A program made the translations under genes and the position numbers. This document shows, piece by piece, positions 31,259 to 32,000 of a stretch of DNA of 32,000 nucleotides. The first letter of the stretch is position 1. Each line of letters starts with the position of its first letter. Location: the NCBI RefSeq assembly GCF_000025505.1, contig NC_013849.1:1890001-1922000 (forward strand), in the 5' to 3' direction. This stretch comes from Ferroglobus placidus DSM 10642 (GTDB lineage: Archaea > Halobacteriota > Archaeoglobi > Archaeoglobales > Archaeoglobaceae). The notes beneath the pieces are model-generated. The model had not been told where the DNA came from. It ran no database searches and saw only the letters and a program-made list of their open reading frames with translations.

Positions 31259-32000
31259 ATGGGGATGGAGTTCGCTCTAATCGGCTTCGTCGTCGGTTTG
31301 CTTGTGGGATTAACAGGAATAGGCGGAGGAGCGCTGATGACGCCGGTGCTTCTTTTTCTCGGAATACCGATAGAGAAAGCGATAGGCACGGATTTGCTAT
31401 ACTCCTTCTCAGTTAAATCTTTCTCGTCCGCTTTGTATAAAAAAGGAAGGAGCGTTGATGGGACGTTGATAAAGTTAACATCCCCTTCCGGAATACTTGG
31501 AGTCTTCTTCGGCTATTTGCTGCTGAAAGCTGGTGTCGTTGATAGAAAAGTTCTCACCACGATTCTCGGAGCAACGCTCTTCTCAGTAGCTTTGCTAATG
31601 ATACTTTCAAGTGCGAGAAGGAGGTTCAAGACCGAATGTTTGATATGCGAAAGGTACTGCGAAAGATTTGAAGAAGGAAATGGGAAAAAGGCGATTATAG
31701 CAGTTATAGCCTTTTTAGTTGGGATTCTCGTCGAACTAACTTCCATTGGAAGCGGAACGCTGCTAACGTTTGCGATAATTTCTGTGACTAACCTAAAGCC
31801 GAACAAGATAGTGGGCTCGGATTTGATTACCTCCCTCTTCCTCACCGGAGTAGCTTCAGCTCTCCACGCAGACCTCGGAAATATAGATTTTGTTTTAGCG
31901 AGCCATTTAATTCCCTCCGGAATCCTCGGAGCCGCTATCGGCTATCAGCTGTCTAAGAAGTGCTCTCCGGAAATGTTGAAGTCTGCTATTTCAGCTTGCG
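31259..32000 (+). CDS. TauE/SafE (TSUP) family anion permease, 3' end outside window
   Basis: Frame 2 was checked codon by codon and is open from the ATG at 31259 to the window end; it is absent from the ORF track because no stop lies in the window. MGMEFALIGFVVGLLVGLTGIGGGALMTPVLLFLGIP...GTDL and the second-half repeat LTSIGSGTLLTFAI...GSDL are TSUP signatures. The track ORF at 31513-31845 (-) is its antisense shadow. Confidence 0.75.
   Translation, partial: MGMEFALIGFVVGLLVGLTGIGGGALMTPVLLFLGIPIEKAIGTDLLYSFSVKSFSSALYKKGRSVDGTLIKLTSPSGILGVFFGYLLLKAGVVDRKVLTTILGATLFSVALLMILSSARRRFKTECLICERYCERFEEGNGKKAIIAVIAFLVGILVELTSIGSGTLLTFAIISVTNLKPNKIVGSDLITSLFLTGVASALHADLGNIDFVLASHLIPSGILGAAIGYQLSKKCSPEMLKSAISAC

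Noticed and set aside
1-32000. Search for CRISPR arrays, tRNA/rRNA genes, integrases, and intact IS elements with inverted repeats.
   Set aside because: None found by eye on either strand. The only mobile-element trace is the truncated transposase remnant at 21688-22009.

Overview
Archaeal chromosome segment. Evidence for this: a G1P dehydrogenase (egsA), TATA boxes about 27-30 nt upstream of start codons, and K/E/I-rich thermophile-type proteins. Gene content looks Archaeoglobales-like, but the organism cannot be determined from the window. All family calls come from motifs read by eye in the ORF translations; no database search was possible.

Layout:
(i) 1-3523, housekeeping: the egsA 3' end, then a minus-strand gyrB / DUF89 / Cys-rich-domain operon.
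(ii) 3524-15338, defence island: one tightly coupled plus-strand operon in which a type I R-M system is interrupted twice.
- Between hsdM and hsdS lie a DUF104 antitoxin-like gene, a 782-aa long prokaryotic Argonaute, an MNT/HEPN pair and a 3-TM protein. The Argonaute has intact-looking D-E-D-D catalytic residues and a Y-K-Q-K MID pocket.
- Between hsdS and hsdR lies a 307-aa HEPN-like protein.
- hsdR ends at a TAA that is followed in frame by 102 more open codons. A minimal HExxH (DUF45-like) peptidase closes the operon.
- The Argonaute and the second HEPN gene are visibly more AT-rich than the hsd genes.
(iii) 15339-23266, mixed region: YlbF-like gene, HPS/RraA fusion, SixA, archaeal riboflavin synthase, class V aminotransferase, DUF2284 and two secreted proteins. 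It also holds three decayed genes: a SWIM gene, a PAS gene and a transposase remnant.
(iv) 23439-32000, sulfur island on the minus strand:
- Operon A encodes a sulfite-reductase-like protein, TusA, a short AprA-like flavoprotein, a 2x[4Fe-4S] ferredoxin, Sat, TusA and DsrE-like.
- Operon B encodes a ThrC-like PLP enzyme, a ThiS/MoaD-like GG-ending carrier, a ThiF/MoeB-like E1 and TusA.
- A divergent TauE/SafE-type permease runs off the window end.

No rRNA, tRNA or CRISPR array was seen. The most interesting item is the Argonaute/HEPN-loaded type I R-M operon.
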